A stretch of 64,000 bases of DNA, from assembly GCA_038133845.1 (NCBI GenBank), contig JAYPUA010000002.1:61912-125911 (forward strand), given 5' to 3'. Shown here piece by piece: positions 27,081-37,672 of this stretch. The stretch comes from Deltaproteobacteria bacterium. GTDB lineage: Bacteria > SAR324 > NAC60-12. Positions within the stretch are counted from its first letter, which is position 1, and every line of letters begins with the position of its first letter. The notes beneath the pieces are model-generated. The model saw only the letters and a list, made by a program, of their open reading frames with translations. It had not been told where the DNA came from and searched no databases. Made by a program: the position numbers and the translations under genes.

Positions 27081-27102
27081 AAGCAGATTTTCCGGACGGG
27101 GA

Positions 27103-27786
27103 TCAGAAGACGAAGCCGATTCCAATCACCGCCTGAGTGGTATGAAGGTTTGTGCTGGGAGAAGCCTCCAGGGTTTGCGCCTGAACAAGCGTGTTGGTGA
27201 GGCTTGGGTCCCAATCCTTATAATGAACCTTGATTGAGTTCCAACGCAAGCCGAACACGGTTTCGAAGTTGGATCCGTGGTGTCCGAGCATGAAGAACGA
27301 AGACGTCCCGGAGACCTTGTCGGCCTGGAGCGTCTCGGTCCCGGCGTTTGCGCCGTAGCTGCTCCCGTAGGTCAACTCGGTCTCCATCGTCCCTCCAGAG
27401 GCCATCCCGACTCCAAACCCCCAAGTAAAGTCTTCACCGATCACGAATCCGGCCTCCGTGAAGCTGGTCTTGAGGGTGCTTTTTTCCTGAATGAGCGTGG
27501 TGGACCCAGTGGAGGTCGTTCCTGCAAACGTGGTGGTCAAGGTGCTCCCGCCGAGCATGATGCCCTTGGCGACCAGGTGCAGTCCCATCCCATCGGTCTT
27601 GGCTCGATCTGCCGAGAGCGTCGCGCCGCTGGTGGCACGGTCTTCCGCCACCTGCTGCTCGGCCTTGCCCTGCTCCATTCCGCTCAGGGTCGCCCGGATC
27701 CGAACCAGGTTGGAGCGAGAGCATGCTCCAAGCATCAGCAATGGGATCAATCCCAGTATCATGTAGTTCCGCATAAACCTCTCCAA
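27103..27786 (-). CDS. putative outer-membrane lipoprotein (beta-barrel type, C-terminal Phe)
   Basis: 227 aa; signal peptide with lipobox LGACS; Gly/Thr/Ser-rich beta-strand-like alternation and C-terminal ...GIGFVF. Confidence 0.5.
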   Translation of the reverse strand: MERFMRNYMILGLIPLLMLGACSRSNLVRIRATLSGMEQGKAEQQVAEDRATSGATLSADRAKTDGMGLHLVAKGIMLGGSTLTTTFAGTTSTGSTTLIQEKSTLKTSFTEAGFVIGEDFTWGFGVGMASGGTMETELTYGSSYGANAGTETLQADKVSGTSSFFMLGHHGSNFETVFGLRWNSIKVHYKDWDPSLTNTLVQAQTLEASPSTNLHTTQAVIGIGFVF

Positions 27787-27829
27787 GGAATGAACGCCCG
27801 GAGAAATTCAAAAACCGAACCCTTCGTGT

Positions 27830-30800
27830 TCAAGAGGGGTGTCCCCACCCTCCACCACCAGGGGTTTCGATCCGGATGCGATCTCCCGGACGGGCCTGGA
27901 TCTCGTTCTTTCCTCCGAGGTTCAGGGTCGGCCCTTGCTTGCGAAAGAACAGGTTGCGTCCGGCGCTTCCGGAGGCACCACCTTCCATTCCATAAGGGCG
28001 ATGGGTCCGACGTTCCGAGAGAATGGCCACGTTCAGCAGCTCAAGAAACTCCACCTCCCGGACCAGCCCATCCCCTCCGTTGAAGGCCCCGGAGCCTCCG
28101 GAGTTCTTGCGGAGAGAGAACTCCCTCAGCAGCACCGGATAGCGGCGTTCCAGAATCTCTGGATCCGTGATCCGAGTGTTGGTCATGTGGGTGTGGACCC
28201 CGGACTGTCCGTTCCAAGTGGGTCCGGCTCCGGCTCCGCCACCGATGGTCTCGTAGTAGCCGAAGCGCTCATTGCCAAAGGTGAAGTTGTTCATGCAGCC
28301 CTGAGACGCCGCACTGGCCCGGAAGGCCTTGAGGATCACGTCCGTGATGCGCTGAGAGGTCAGCACGTTCCCCCCCACCACGGCAGCATGTTCCGAGGGA
28401 GCCAGCAGGGAGCCCTCCGGGATGACGATGTCGATCGGGTTGAGACACCCCTGGTTGAGTGGAATTTCCTGCCGAATGAGACAGCGCAGGGCATAGAGCA
28501 CGGCAGAGTGCGAGACGGCCCGGGGGGCATTCAGGTTGCCCCAAAGCTCGGTACCGGTTCCCGTGAAGTCAAAGACGGCGCTGCCTTCCCTGCGGTCAAT
28601 GGTCAGAGTCAGGCAGACGGGAGAGCCATCGTCCAGGAACTCCTCCGCCTTCACCGAGCCGACCTCCGGGAGCCCTTCCCGGAGCGAAAGCTCCTGCAGC
28701 ATCGCCCGGACTGCCTCCTCAGCGTTGGTCTGGATGTGCTTCATGTAGGCCTGCACGACCTCCAGGGACCAGTAATCGACCATCTCCAGCAGCAGGTCGA
28801 TGCCCCGCTGATTGGCCGCGACCTGAGCCTTGAGGTCGGAGAGGTTGTCTGCCAGAAGACGGGTTCCGGAAATCGGAGCCTCTCCCGGTTGTCGGCTCAA
28901 GGTTGCAGGAGTTTGGAGCAGCCTGGTGATCCCGGCCTCGTTGAACACGCCGTCCTCCACCAGCTTGAAGCTCTTGATGCAGGCGCCCTCCTCGGCAAGC
29001 ACGCGCGAGAACGGCGGCATCGACCCGGGCGAGATGCCCCCGATGTCGGCGTGATGCCCTCGGCTGGCAACAAAGAAGATGGGCCGCCCGTCGCGCCATA
29101 CCGGCGTGATCACCGTGATGTCCGGGAGGTGACTCCCTCCGGCGATCGGGTGGTTGGTGACCAGGACATCTCCGGGACGCAGCCGTTCACCCTGCAGGCG
29201 TACTTGCTGACGCACGGCCTCGCTCATCGCCCCTAGGTGAACCGGCTGGTGAGGCGCGTTGGCGACCAGCCCTCCGGCCTCGTCAAAGATCGCGCAAGAG
29301 AAGTCCAGCCTCTCCTTGATGTTGGTGGAGATTGCCGTTCGCTGCAGTGTGCGCCCCATCTGCTCGGCAATCGACATGAAGAGGTTCCCAAAGATCGACA
29401 GCTGGATCGGGTCCAGGTCCGTGCCAACCTGCCGGATGCTGCGAGATTCCACGTGAATGAGGACATCTCCAAACTCGGTGACCTCTGCCCGGCATCCCGG
29501 CTCCACCAGAATGGTCGAGGTGTCCTGCATCAGGATGGCTGGCCCGGGGATTTCGTGTCCGTGGCAGAGATGCTCGGTCCGAAACAGCGGGGTGTCCTGC
29601 CAGCCGCCCTCGAAGTAGCAGCGGGTCGTGGTCTCCGAAACTGCCGGTCCCTGCGCCTCCGGGATGCGAAATTTGCGCAGCCCCGGAGATTGAGCCACGG
29701 CGCGGATTCGGACGTCGTCCACCAGAATGTCCCGGTCCAGCTCGAATCCGTACTCACGCCGGTAGATGCTCTGGAATTCTCTGGCATAGTCGCCATCCGG
29801 AGGCTCCGGAATCATCAGCGTGGTGTCTGTCCCGCGGTAGCGCAGGTTGAGGTACCTGCGAACGTCGATCTGCTCGAGTCGGGCTCCCTGGTCCCGCAGC
29901 TCGCCTTCTGCCTGACGGGCCAGGCGGGCCAGGCGGGCCTGCAGCTCCGGGAGCGCCTCCTCGCCCAGCGCCACTGCGGCCGGTTCCTGTTGCTCCACAG
30001 CGATGTCAGCGAGCCCCATTCCGTATGCCGAGAGGATCCCGGCAAAGCGGTGCACAAAGACCGTCCCGATGCCCAGCTCCCGCGCCAGCGCGCAGGCGTG
30101 CTGCCCTCCGGCCCCTCCAAAGCAGGCGAGGACGTGCTCCTGGATATCGAACCCGCGCATCACCGAGACCTCGCGGATCGGCCGGACCATGGTCTCGTTG
30201 GCGACCCGGAGAAAGCCCAGGGCGACTTCCTCCAGACTCATCTCCGGGAGACCTCGCTCTTGGGCGTGGGTGTTGAGGGCCTCGGTCAGCTCCTGCATCG
30301 CCTTCCGGGAGCCCTCGACATCCAGCGGCTGATCCTCCGTGGAACCGAAGATCTGCGGAAAGTAGTCCGGATGCAGGCGTCCGAGGACCAGGTTGGCGTC
30401 GGTCACCGCCAGGTGCCCTTGCTTGCGGTAGCACACCGGACCGGGATGGGCTCCGGCAGATTCCGGGCCGACCTCAAAGCGTCCGTTGCGAAAGAACAGC
30501 CGTGAACCACCTCCGGCCGCTACTGTCCGGATGTCCATCTGAGGCGCCTGGATCCGGACTCCGGCGGTTTCAGTTTCGTGTGTCAGCTCCCAGTCGCCTC
30601 CAAAACGCGAGACGTCCGTGGAGGTGCCTCCCATGTCAAATCCGATGACGGGCTTGCCGAGGTCGGTTGTCAGGGCATATCCCACGACGCCCCCGGCGGG
30701 TCCGGAGAGGATCGCGTTGCTGCCCTTGAAGCGGTCGGCATCGGTCAGCCCTCCGTCGGACTGCATGAACAGCAGCCGGGTTTCTCCGAGGTGATCGGAA

Positions 30801-31585
30801 AATCCTGCACGGAACCCGTCCAGGTAGGTCCGGATGTGCGGGGTGAGGTAGGCATCCACGGTGGTCGTGTCTCCGCGGGCCACCATCTTCACCATCGGCA
30901 TCACCTCGTGGGAGAGGGAGACCTGCGAGAAGCCGATCTCCCGGGCGATGGCTCCGACCTGACGCTCGTGCTCGGTAAAGGCGTAGGCATGCAGAAAGAC
31001 CACGGCCACGGCCCGGATGCCTGCGGCATAAGCCTGTTGCAGCTGCTCGCGCACCCGCTCCCGGTCCAGCCGCTCCAGCACCAGGAACTCCTCTCCGGTC
31101 GTGCCGGAGACTCCGGGCTCCACATCGTCCGGACGACGCAGGCGTACCCGCTCCTCCACCTCGATCACCTGCTCGTAAAGCAACTCCGGCTTGCGGATCT
31201 CCAGGTCAAAGATCCGCGGGCGGTTTTGGTTTCCAATCCGGAGCAGGTCTCCAAACCCCCGTGTGGTCACCAGCACCGTGCGGGCGCCTTTGCGCTCCAG
31301 CAGCGCGTTGGTGGCCACAGTGGTGCCCATCCGGATCCAGTCGATGCCTTCCGAAGAGAAGCTCTCCTTTGGGAGCTCGCGTCCCGTGACGTCTTCCAGA
31401 ATGCGGCGGATGCCTTCACGCGGGGCGTCCGGATAGTTCGCCGGGTCTTCGGAGAGCAGCTTCACGATGCGAAAGCCCGGCTCTCCCGGGACTTCGGCAT
31501 AGACATCCGTGAAGGTTCCCCCGCGGTCAATCGAGAAGCGAAGCTGCGGGAGGGGGGAGAGGGGCAGGTGTGGGGCGGGTGTCAT
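27830..31585 (-). CDS. 5-oxoprolinase (ATP-hydrolysing), fused hydantoinase A-B type (OPLAH-like)
   Basis: 1251 aa; N-terminal half HyuA-like ([20 protein letters not shown]), C-terminal half HyuB-like ([20 protein letters not shown]). Confidence 0.9.
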   Translation of the reverse strand: MTPAPHLPLSPLPQLRFSIDRGGTFTDVYAEVPGEPGFRIVKLLSEDPANYPDAPREGIRRILEDVTGRELPKESFSSEGIDWIRMGTTVATNALLERKGARTVLVTTRGFGDLLRIGNQNRPRIFDLEIRKPELLYEQVIEVEERVRLRRPDDVEPGVSGTTGEEFLVLERLDRERVREQLQQAYAAGIRAVAVVFLHAYAFTEHERQVGAIAREIGFSQVSLSHEVMPMVKMVARGDTTTVDAYLTPHIRTYLDGFRAGFSDHLGETRLLFMQSDGGLTDADRFKGSNAILSGPAGGVVGYALTTDLGKPVIGFDMGGTSTDVSRFGGDWELTHETETAGVRIQAPQMDIRTVAAGGGSRLFFRNGRFEVGPESAGAHPGPVCYRKQGHLAVTDANLVLGRLHPDYFPQIFGSTEDQPLDVEGSRKAMQELTEALNTHAQERGLPEMSLEEVALGFLRVANETMVRPIREVSVMRGFDIQEHVLACFGGAGGQHACALARELGIGTVFVHRFAGILSAYGMGLADIAVEQQEPAAVALGEEALPELQARLARLARQAEGELRDQGARLEQIDVRRYLNLRYRGTDTTLMIPEPPDGDYAREFQSIYRREYGFELDRDILVDDVRIRAVAQSPGLRKFRIPEAQGPAVSETTTRCYFEGGWQDTPLFRTEHLCHGHEIPGPAILMQDTSTILVEPGCRAEVTEFGDVLIHVESRSIRQVGTDLDPIQLSIFGNLFMSIAEQMGRTLQRTAISTNIKERLDFSCAIFDEAGGLVANAPHQPVHLGAMSEAVRQQVRLQGERLRPGDVLVTNHPIAGGSHLPDITVITPVWRDGRPIFFVASRGHHADIGGISPGSMPPFSRVLAEEGACIKSFKLVEDGVFNEAGITRLLQTPATLSRQPGEAPISGTRLLADNLSDLKAQVAANQRGIDLLLEMVDYWSLEVVQAYMKHIQTNAEEAVRAMLQELSLREGLPEVGSVKAEEFLDDGSPVCLTLTIDRREGSAVFDFTGTGTELWGNLNAPRAVSHSAVLYALRCLIRQEIPLNQGCLNPIDIVIPEGSLLAPSEHAAVVGGNVLTSQRITDVILKAFRASAASQGCMNNFTFGNERFGYYETIGGGAGAGPTWNGQSGVHTHMTNTRITDPEILERRYPVLLREFSLRKNSGGSGAFNGGDGLVREVEFLELLNVAILSERRTHRPYGMEGGASGSAGRNLFFRKQGPTLNLGGKNEIQARPGDRIRIETPGGGGWGHPS

Positions 31586-31619
31586 GAAACAGAGTGCACC
31601 GCAAAGGCGGGAAAGGGGT

Positions 31620-32126
31620 TCAGCGCTTCATCAGCATGGTGACCTGCTCCTGAGGAACCAGCCGTGTCTTGTGAAACACGGTCCCCTTGGAGTCGATCAG
31701 GACGTTGATGGGAGGACGCAGGGGCGTGAAGTGGTAGTCCAGGCTGGCGATGTCGTCTTCATCGAGCAAGACCAGAAAGGGCAGGTCGAACTTCTTCTGG
31801 ACGGCCCGGACCTTGGGCACCTCATCCTGAGAGGTGATGTTGATCGCCACGATCTTCAGTCCTTGTTCTGCATATTTCCGGTGCAGCTCCTTGAGTACGG
31901 GCAACTCCCGTAGGCAGATGCTTCACCAGCTGGCCCAGAACATCAGCAGCGTGGGCTGCTTGCCGATGAACCCTTCGGTTTCGACCAGGGCGCCGTCCAG
32001 GCTCTTCAAGGTGAAGTGCGGAGCCTCCTCTCCGGGGTGAACTTCTGCCCAAACTGGGGTCCCCAGCCCGGAAAGTAAGAGCAGAGTGAGTGAAATTCCA
32101 AACAATCTCATGTGTGCTCCTTTCAT
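31620..32126 (-). CDS. TlpA/ResA-like periplasmic thiol:disulfide oxidoreductase with in-frame TGA at the active site (candidate selenoprotein, U-S-I-C; alternatively a nonsense pseudogene)
   Basis: Two track ORFs (31923..32126 and 31620..31904) are in the same frame, separated only by TGA at 31923-31925. Joined translation reads signal peptide ...PTLLMFWASW-[TGA]-SICLRELPVLKELHRKYAEQGLKIVAINIT..., i.e. the canonical redoxin FW/NFWASWCxxC motif with TGA at the first Cys position. Confidence 0.5.
31894..31913 (-). promoter_or_regulatory. SECIS-like hairpin 11 nt downstream of the in-frame TGA
   Basis: mRNA CUACGGG-AGUUG-CCCGUAG: 6-7 bp stem, 5-nt loop containing GUU, loop G about 21 nt from UGA (within the bacterial SECIS window). 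Confidence 0.35.
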
Positions 32127-32131
32127 AGAAA

Positions 32132-32902
32132 TTATGCCGTAGCGGCCTCCAACTCCTCATAAAGCTGCTGAAACTCCTTGCTGACCTTGTGTCCGGGGTC
32201 CATGAGAACCAGCGGCTGGGATTCCCCGTGAGATTCCCGGACCTTGACGGAGGAGGAGAGGTAGGTCTTCAGAACGGGAAGTTCATCGGCAAGCAGCTCC
32301 TCCACAATCTGCACCGGGAACTTCGCTCGTGACTGGAACTGATTGACGATGATGCCTTCGACAGTGAGGTCCCGGTTGTGGTCCAGCCGGATCTCGTTGA
32401 CGTTCTCCAGCAGAGCGTAGAGGGCATTCTTGGAGAAGCTGTCGCAGTCGAAGGGGATGAGGCAGCGCGGGCAGGCGATGAGCGCCGAGCGTGTGAAGAA
32501 GCCCAGGGCTGGAGGGGTATCGATGAAGATCCGGTCGTAGTCCAGGTCATCCAGCGCTTCACGCAGCTTGAACATCTTGTAGCGAGACTCCAGCTTGCCC
32601 TGCAACTCTTCCATCTCCGGATGTGCGGGCATCAACTCCAGGTTGGCAAAGGGAGTGAAGTGGACAAACTCGCTGGGATGCGGAGCCCGGAACATGAAGC
32701 TGAGCATGCTGTCGAAGAAGTGGAACACGGTCTGCTCCTGAGGAATCCCGACCGAGCCCATCAGGTATTGGGTGGTGTTGGCCTGGGGATCAAGATCGAT
32801 CACCAGGGTACGGTGCCCCTGAACAGCGCTCAGGGCGGCGAGATTGCAGGTGATTGTGGACTTCCCCACCCCGCCTTTTTTGTTGAATACGACCCGACGC
32901 AT
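32132..32902 (-). CDS. ParA/MinD-family P-loop ATPase (orphan, no parB/parS seen)
   Basis: Start re-picked to [18 protein letters not shown] (deviant Walker A KGGVGKS), SD GGGAGAA upstream; ends 6 nt before the redoxin gene. Confidence 0.8.
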   Translation of the reverse strand: MRRVVFNKKGGVGKSTITCNLAALSAVQGHRTLVIDLDPQANTTQYLMGSVGIPQEQTVFHFFDSMLSFMFRAPHPSEFVHFTPFANLELMPAHPEMEELQGKLESRYKMFKLREALDDLDYDRIFIDTPPALGFFTRSALIACPRCLIPFDCDSFSKNALYALLENVNEIRLDHNRDLTVEGIIVNQFQSRAKFPVQIVEELLADELPVLKTYLSSSVKVRESHGESQPLVLMDPGHKVSKEFQQLYEELEAATA

Positions 32903-33005
32903 CGGTTCTCCCGGTTCGTGTTGTAGAGTGCTGGATCCAGAGGAAATGATACGACACTCGGGGGGAGTTGCCAGAGAGAAATCCGAGACGCTCCGGAATC
33001 CGGAG

Positions 33006-34562
33006 TCAGGGACGCTGAGGCTTAGGCCCCTTTCCGGAGCCACGTGCGCGTGACTTGCTCAGGGCGGAGGTCCGGCGCTTGCGCTTGAGGTATTCCGGAT
33101 CTCGGGTGAGGTTTCGGGAGAGGTAGACGTGCTCGTTGGGGCTACCAAAGCCTTCCTGCTTGAAGAAACGCAACGCCTTCTCATTGTCGGCCTCCGTGTC
33201 GATCAGGATCATCCGGGCCCCTTCGTCAATGAAGCGCTCCGTGATCTTGTCCAGCAGCTTGCGACCGACACCCTTGCTCTGCCAGTTCGGATGCACGCCG
33301 AGCCAGTCCAGCCAGCCGTACACCCAGGCGCTCCGCCGCTTTTCCATCAGAGAGCCCAGGGCGAACCCCACGATCTCCTTCTCGGAGGCCTCGGCGACCC
33401 AGCAAAACTCGCCATCGGTGTTGAACATGTTGATGATGTCGGTCTCGTCCCAGGTCCGGTAGAGGTTGGGCCAGTCTTCTGCGGTATAGAGCCGCTCTCC
33501 GAGTGCATAGACGCGGTGCAGGTCCTCCAACTCCATCTCCCGGATCTCCAGGCTTCCAGAAGGTTTGCGGACACTGGGGGTGGAGAGCGCTGCCGGTGCA
33601 GCCGCTCCGGACCGAGACGGGACCTGGCGAAGAAGCTGCCGCAGCTCCTGAGCCACCCAGAGCGACGCCTCCCGGGCCTGAGGCAGGAGGTCGCGCTGGT
33701 TGATGAAGCCGTGGACCATGCCCTCCCAGTTGCGCTCGACCACCGGCACCCCAGAGTCTCTCAGGCGCTTCGCATACGCCAGTCCTTCATCACGCAACGG
33801 GTCGTAACCGGCCACCAGCATCAGCGCCGGGGCCACACCAGTGGCTGTCTCGGCAAAGAGCACCGACGCCTCCGGGTGACGGCGGTCCACGCCTTCCGGG
33901 AGGTACTGGGCAATGAACCAGCTCATCGCGTCGCGAGTGAGCCCAAAGCCTTCCGCACAGGACTGGTACGAGGGCAGGCTCTGGGTCAGGTCGGTGACCG
34001 GATAGATCAGCACCTGAGCGACAAGGTCCAAGAGTTGGCGATCTCTGGCCCGCAAAGCGACCGCGGCGGCCAGGTTGCCTCCGGCGCTGTCGCCTCCCAC
34101 CATGAGCCGCTGTGGATCCCCTCCAAGAAGCGAGGCGTTCTCGGCGACCCAGCAGGTCGCCGCCCAGCAGTCCTCGACTCCTGCAGGAAAGCGGTGCTCC
34201 GGAGCGAGTCGGTAGTCCACGGACACCACAAGAACACCGGCCTCCTGACAGACTGCCCGGCAGAACCGATCCACGCCATCCAGACTGCCAATCACCCATC
34301 CGCCTCCGTGGAAGAAGACGAGCACCGGGAGCGGCTCCTCCTTCGCTCCTGCCGGATGATAGATCCGGAGCGGGATCAGGCCCGCCGGTCCTTCGGCCTG
34401 ACGCTGCTCCACGGAGCCGACGGGCTCCGGATCATTCAGCTGCCAGCGCCGGCTGGTCTCTTCGGAGACGCGCCGGGCCTCCTCAGGAGAGAGGGTGGTG
34501 AGGTCCGGCAGGTTCGCCGAGGCGCGCAGTTGCAGGTAGAGTTGGGCTTCCGGAGCGAGCAT
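33006..34562 (-). CDS. two-domain fusion: HSL-type alpha/beta hydrolase (esterase/lipase) + C-terminal GNAT acetyltransferase
   Basis: [11 protein letters not shown] (HGGG oxyanion motif) and GDSAGGNLA (GDSAG nucleophile elbow) in the N-terminal 320 aa; C-terminal 170 aa with GNAT motif A ([10 protein letters not shown]); basic C-terminal tail. Confidence 0.75.
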   Translation of the reverse strand: MLAPEAQLYLQLRASANLPDLTTLSPEEARRVSEETSRRWQLNDPEPVGSVEQRQAEGPAGLIPLRIYHPAGAKEEPLPVLVFFHGGGWVIGSLDGVDRFCRAVCQEAGVLVVSVDYRLAPEHRFPAGVEDCWAATCWVAENASLLGGDPQRLMVGGDSAGGNLAAAVALRARDRQLLDLVAQVLIYPVTDLTQSLPSYQSCAEGFGLTRDAMSWFIAQYLPEGVDRRHPEASVLFAETATGVAPALMLVAGYDPLRDEGLAYAKRLRDSGVPVVERNWEGMVHGFINQRDLLPQAREASLWVAQELRQLLRQVPSRSGAAAPAALSTPSVRKPSGSLEIREMELEDLHRVYALGERLYTAEDWPNLYRTWDETDIINMFNTDGEFCWVAEASEKEIVGFALGSLMEKRRSAWVYGWLDWLGVHPNWQSKGVGRKLLDKITERFIDEGARMILIDTEADNEKALRFFKQEGFGSPNEHVYLSRNLTRDPEYLKRKRRTSALSKSRARGSGKGPKPQRP

Positions 34563-34702
34563 GGTGAATCAAGGCCGCTGAGACGGTGGAGGAGTGTGCC
34601 GGAACAGGCGTTGAGTACGGAACGAGTGTACCGCCTGGTGCCGAGATCGCCAAGCGGTTGGTGAGGCCCTACAGCATTTGAGGGGGCGTTGGGGGTCAAG
34701 CG

Positions 34703-35557
34703 TCAGGGAGCAAAGCGCTCCAGCACAAACCTGGGCTGCGCCTGGTGCTCCTCCATTAGCGCCTTCAACTCCTCCGGAGAGGCGGCATGGAGGATCCCGG
34801 AGCGCACCAGGACTCCGCTGCATCCAAAGCGTACCGCCCCGGCAACATCGTGCTCAATCGAGTCTCCAATGGCGACGGCATCGGACCTCTCAAACTTCAG
34901 CAGGCGCTGGGCAAACTCATAGATTTGCGGGTAAGGCTTGCCGATCCAGAAGACCGATCCGCCCTGCTCTGCATAACGGTCCGCAATGGCTCCAGAGCCG
35001 GGGACCAACCCGGAGGCGGTCAGCATCCACTTGTCCGGATTCAGACAGACACACGGAAGGGCACGCTCCCACGCAGGACGCAGCTCGTCCAGGGTGGTAT
35101 CCAGAGTTTCCCGATCTGCTTCGCTTCCGAGCAGAAGGATCACCTCGGCTTCGTTGACAGACGAAACTTCCTGCAGCGACGTCCCGGCCAGCGCCGAGCG
35201 GTCAGGGTCGCGCGCGATGGCGTAATAGCGTGCTCCCGGACGCAGTCCCAGAGAAGACAGCTCCTGCTGAAAGAGGGAGTGCGCGACCTCTCCGGAGGTG
35301 ACCACCTGCTGAAACAGGTCGCGCGCGAAGCCAAGCGTCTCCATGCGTTGCAGGTTGACCTCCGCTCGTTTCCCGGAGTTGGAGATCAGGGCGACCTGCT
35401 TCCCCTGAGCCTGCAAAAACTCCAGCGCAGCTACCGCGCCTTCATACGGACGCAGGCCATCGTGAAGCACACCGAACTGATCCAGCAGGAAGACCTCAAA
35501 CTGCTCCGCAAGGGCTGCGAGCGTGGTCTGACTCGGCAGAGACACCCCTAAGCTCAA
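34703..35557 (-). CDS. HAD-superfamily hydrolase, subfamily IIA
   Basis: FLLDQFGVLHDG (DxxGV motif I), GDSIEHDVAG motif IV. Confidence 0.7.
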   Translation of the reverse strand: MSLGVSLPSQTTLAALAEQFEVFLLDQFGVLHDGLRPYEGAVAALEFLQAQGKQVALISNSGKRAEVNLQRMETLGFARDLFQQVVTSGEVAHSLFQQELSSLGLRPGARYYAIARDPDRSALAGTSLQEVSSVNEAEVILLLGSEADRETLDTTLDELRPAWERALPCVCLNPDKWMLTASGLVPGSGAIADRYAEQGGSVFWIGKPYPQIYEFAQRLLKFERSDAVAIGDSIEHDVAGAVRFGCSGVLVRSGILHAASPEELKALMEEHQAQPRFVLERFAP

Positions 35558-36831
35558 GCGATCCCCTTCCAGGCAAGCCGGGCGACCCCGGCCGCCGCCG
35601 CCTCAGAGGCGACAGGAAGGAAGGTTGCCGCAAGCATGCGCTGCCGAAGAGTGCTCCAGGCCTGGTTGGAAGAGCCTCCTCCAACGGTCCGGACGGAGCG
35701 CAAAGCCGGCGCACCAAGCTCTCTCAAGCGCTCATAGCCCTGCGCCTCAATGCGGGCCATGCTCTCCAGCAGCCCTTGCAGAAACCGGACGTTCGACTCC
35801 GGACGAGGTTCCAGGCGGGGCAGAAGCTTGGGGTCGTTGACAGGAAAACGCTCTCCGGGACGGAGCAGAGGGTAGTAGTCCAAGCCTGTGGACGAAGCGG
35901 GATCCACCTGCCGGGACAGCTCCAACAGCTCGTCTGTGCCAAAGAGCGAGGCGAGCACCGCACCTCCGGTGTTGGAGGCACCTCCAGCAAGCCACTGGTC
36001 TCCGAGGCGGTGGCTGTAGATCCCGAACTCCGGTGCAAAGATGGGCTGTTGAGAGAGCAGCTTGACCACCAGCGTGGAGCCCAGCGAGGTGACGGCATCT
36101 CCCACCTCGCTTGCCCCCGTGGCCAGAAACGCTGCGCAGCCATCCGTGGAGCCTGCAACCACCTGAGTCTCTGGAGAGAGCCGGAAGCGTTCGGCCCACC
36201 GGCGATCCAGTGTCCCGAGGCGACTCCCGGGTTCCCGAACCTGCGGAAGCAGCTCCAGGTGTGCATCGGTGCGGGAGATCCAGTCCGGCCAGCTCCGGGA
36301 GATGGGATCGTATCCCGTCTTCAGCGCATTGTTCTCGTCACTCCAGAGGAAGCGACCCAGCAGTCGCCCTGCTACCCAGTCTGCCTGATGCAGCACCTTG
36401 TGGACTCCCGGGAGCTCCTGCAGCTTGAGCAGCTTTGCCAGCCCGGAGGTGGAGCCATGCGCCGCGCTCTCTCGAGGTGCCGCCTGACGGATCTGCTCCA
36501 GAAAGTGAGCCTCCGAGACCGGGTCGTTGTACATCAAGGCCTCGGCTAGCGGAGCACCAGACTCCCCCACCGCGAGCACAGTCCCGGAAGTCCCATCAAC
36601 GGCAAGGGCCTGCACTCGCGACAGCGCTTCCGGATGCGCCTGGGCCAACTGGTTCAGCGTCTGCACCAGGGTGCTCCACCAGACCTCCGGGCTTCTCGGG
36701 TTCGCGCCTCCCGAAGTCATGGGCGCGCTGCTCTGCCCCACCTCCCGGTGCTCCGAGTCCAGCAGCACGGCTCGTACACCAGAAGTTCCCAAATCGACCC
36801 CCAGGACCAAGGGCATGTCAGCAGGCGTCAT
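35554..36831 (-). CDS. FGGY-family carbohydrate kinase
   Basis: Start re-picked to MTPADMPLVLGVDLGTSGVRAVL (alternative ATG at 36816); the track N-terminus is Ser/Pro-rich; FGGY N- and C-domain motifs (GGGSSNQAW). Confidence 0.7.
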   Translation of the reverse strand: MTPADMPLVLGVDLGTSGVRAVLLDSEHREVGQSSAPMTSGGANPRSPEVWWSTLVQTLNQLAQAHPEALSRVQALAVDGTSGTVLAVGESGAPLAEALMYNDPVSEAHFLEQIRQAAPRESAAHGSTSGLAKLLKLQELPGVHKVLHQADWVAGRLLGRFLWSDENNALKTGYDPISRSWPDWISRTDAHLELLPQVREPGSRLGTLDRRWAERFRLSPETQVVAGSTDGCAAFLATGASEVGDAVTSLGSTLVVKLLSQQPIFAPEFGIYSHRLGDQWLAGGASNTGGAVLASLFGTDELLELSRQVDPASSTGLDYYPLLRPGERFPVNDPKLLPRLEPRPESNVRFLQGLLESMARIEAQGYERLRELGAPALRSVRTVGGGSSNQAWSTLRQRMLAATFLPVASEAAAAGVARLAWKGIA

Positions 36832-36859
36832 CGGAAGAGGGATCCTTGGGTACACCCGC

Positions 36860-37672
36860 TCATCCTTCCTCCAGGGCAGGGCGCCGAGCGAGGACGTGCT
36901 CCACAAGCTCCACGAAGCCGTGGCCGCTTTTCTGTTCAGTGATCCAGGTTGGAGGATGCTGAAGGGTCTCGGCAAACTGAAGGACGTTGGCGACCCCGCA
37001 TGCATTGGGGAAGAACCGGAACATCGGCTCATCGTTGGGGCTGTCTCCCACAAACAGGAACTCGTCTCTTGCCTCTTCAAGGCTCACCCCGAACTGCTCG
37101 GTCATCAGCTTTTGGCAGGCGGTCAACTTGTCGTAGCTTCCGAACCAGCCGTTGACATGGATGGAGGAGATCTTCGCCTCCGCTCCGGCCTCCACGAACA
37201 GATCCCGGATGCGCTCCACCTGCGAAAAGGGCAGCGCCGGGACGTCTTCACAGAAGTCGATCGCCAGGTCCGCCTCGCGGTAGGGCTGATCGGCGCTGAC
37301 GGCACATCCGGGGACTTCGCGGAGAATCTGCTCCTGGAGGGCACTCAGCTTCTGCTGGTCCTGCAGACGGGTCTCCTCCGGAATCGCGTAGGATCGGATC
37401 ATGCGAGACTGCTGGCGGTCATAGGCGAAGGAGAACGCGCCGTTCTCTCCGACCACGGCATCCACAGGCCAGAACCGAGCGATCATGTCGCACCAGCCGG
37501 CGGGACGTCCGGTGATCGGAATGGTCAGCAGTCCGGCCTGCTGGAGCCGCTCCACCGCCTGGTAGGCGCTGGCCTCAAGCCGCCCTTCAGTCGTGATGGT
37601 GTCGTCGATGTCGAAAAAGACTCCGCGAACTCGACCACAGAGGGCCGCAGACATCTCCCGGAACGGCCTCAT
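36860..37672 (-). CDS. HAD-superfamily hydrolase, subfamily IIB (Cof/sucrose-phosphatase-like)
   Basis: VFFDIDDTIT motif I, GDSPNDEPM motif IV; start overlaps the stop of the upstream gene. Confidence 0.65.
   Translation of the reverse strand: MRPFREMSAALCGRVRGVFFDIDDTITTEGRLEASAYQAVERLQQAGLLTIPITGRPAGWCDMIARFWPVDAVVGENGAFSFAYDRQQSRMIRSYAIPEETRLQDQQKLSALQEQILREVPGCAVSADQPYREADLAIDFCEDVPALPFSQVERIRDLFVEAGAEAKISSIHVNGWFGSYDKLTACQKLMTEQFGVSLEEARDEFLFVGDSPNDEPMFRFFPNACGVANVLQFAETLQHPPTWITEQKSGHGFVELVEHVLARRPALEEG

Noticed and set aside
27839-31642. Three long plus-strand ORFs (465, 422 and 354 aa)
   Set aside because: All antisense to the 1251-aa oxoprolinase gene.
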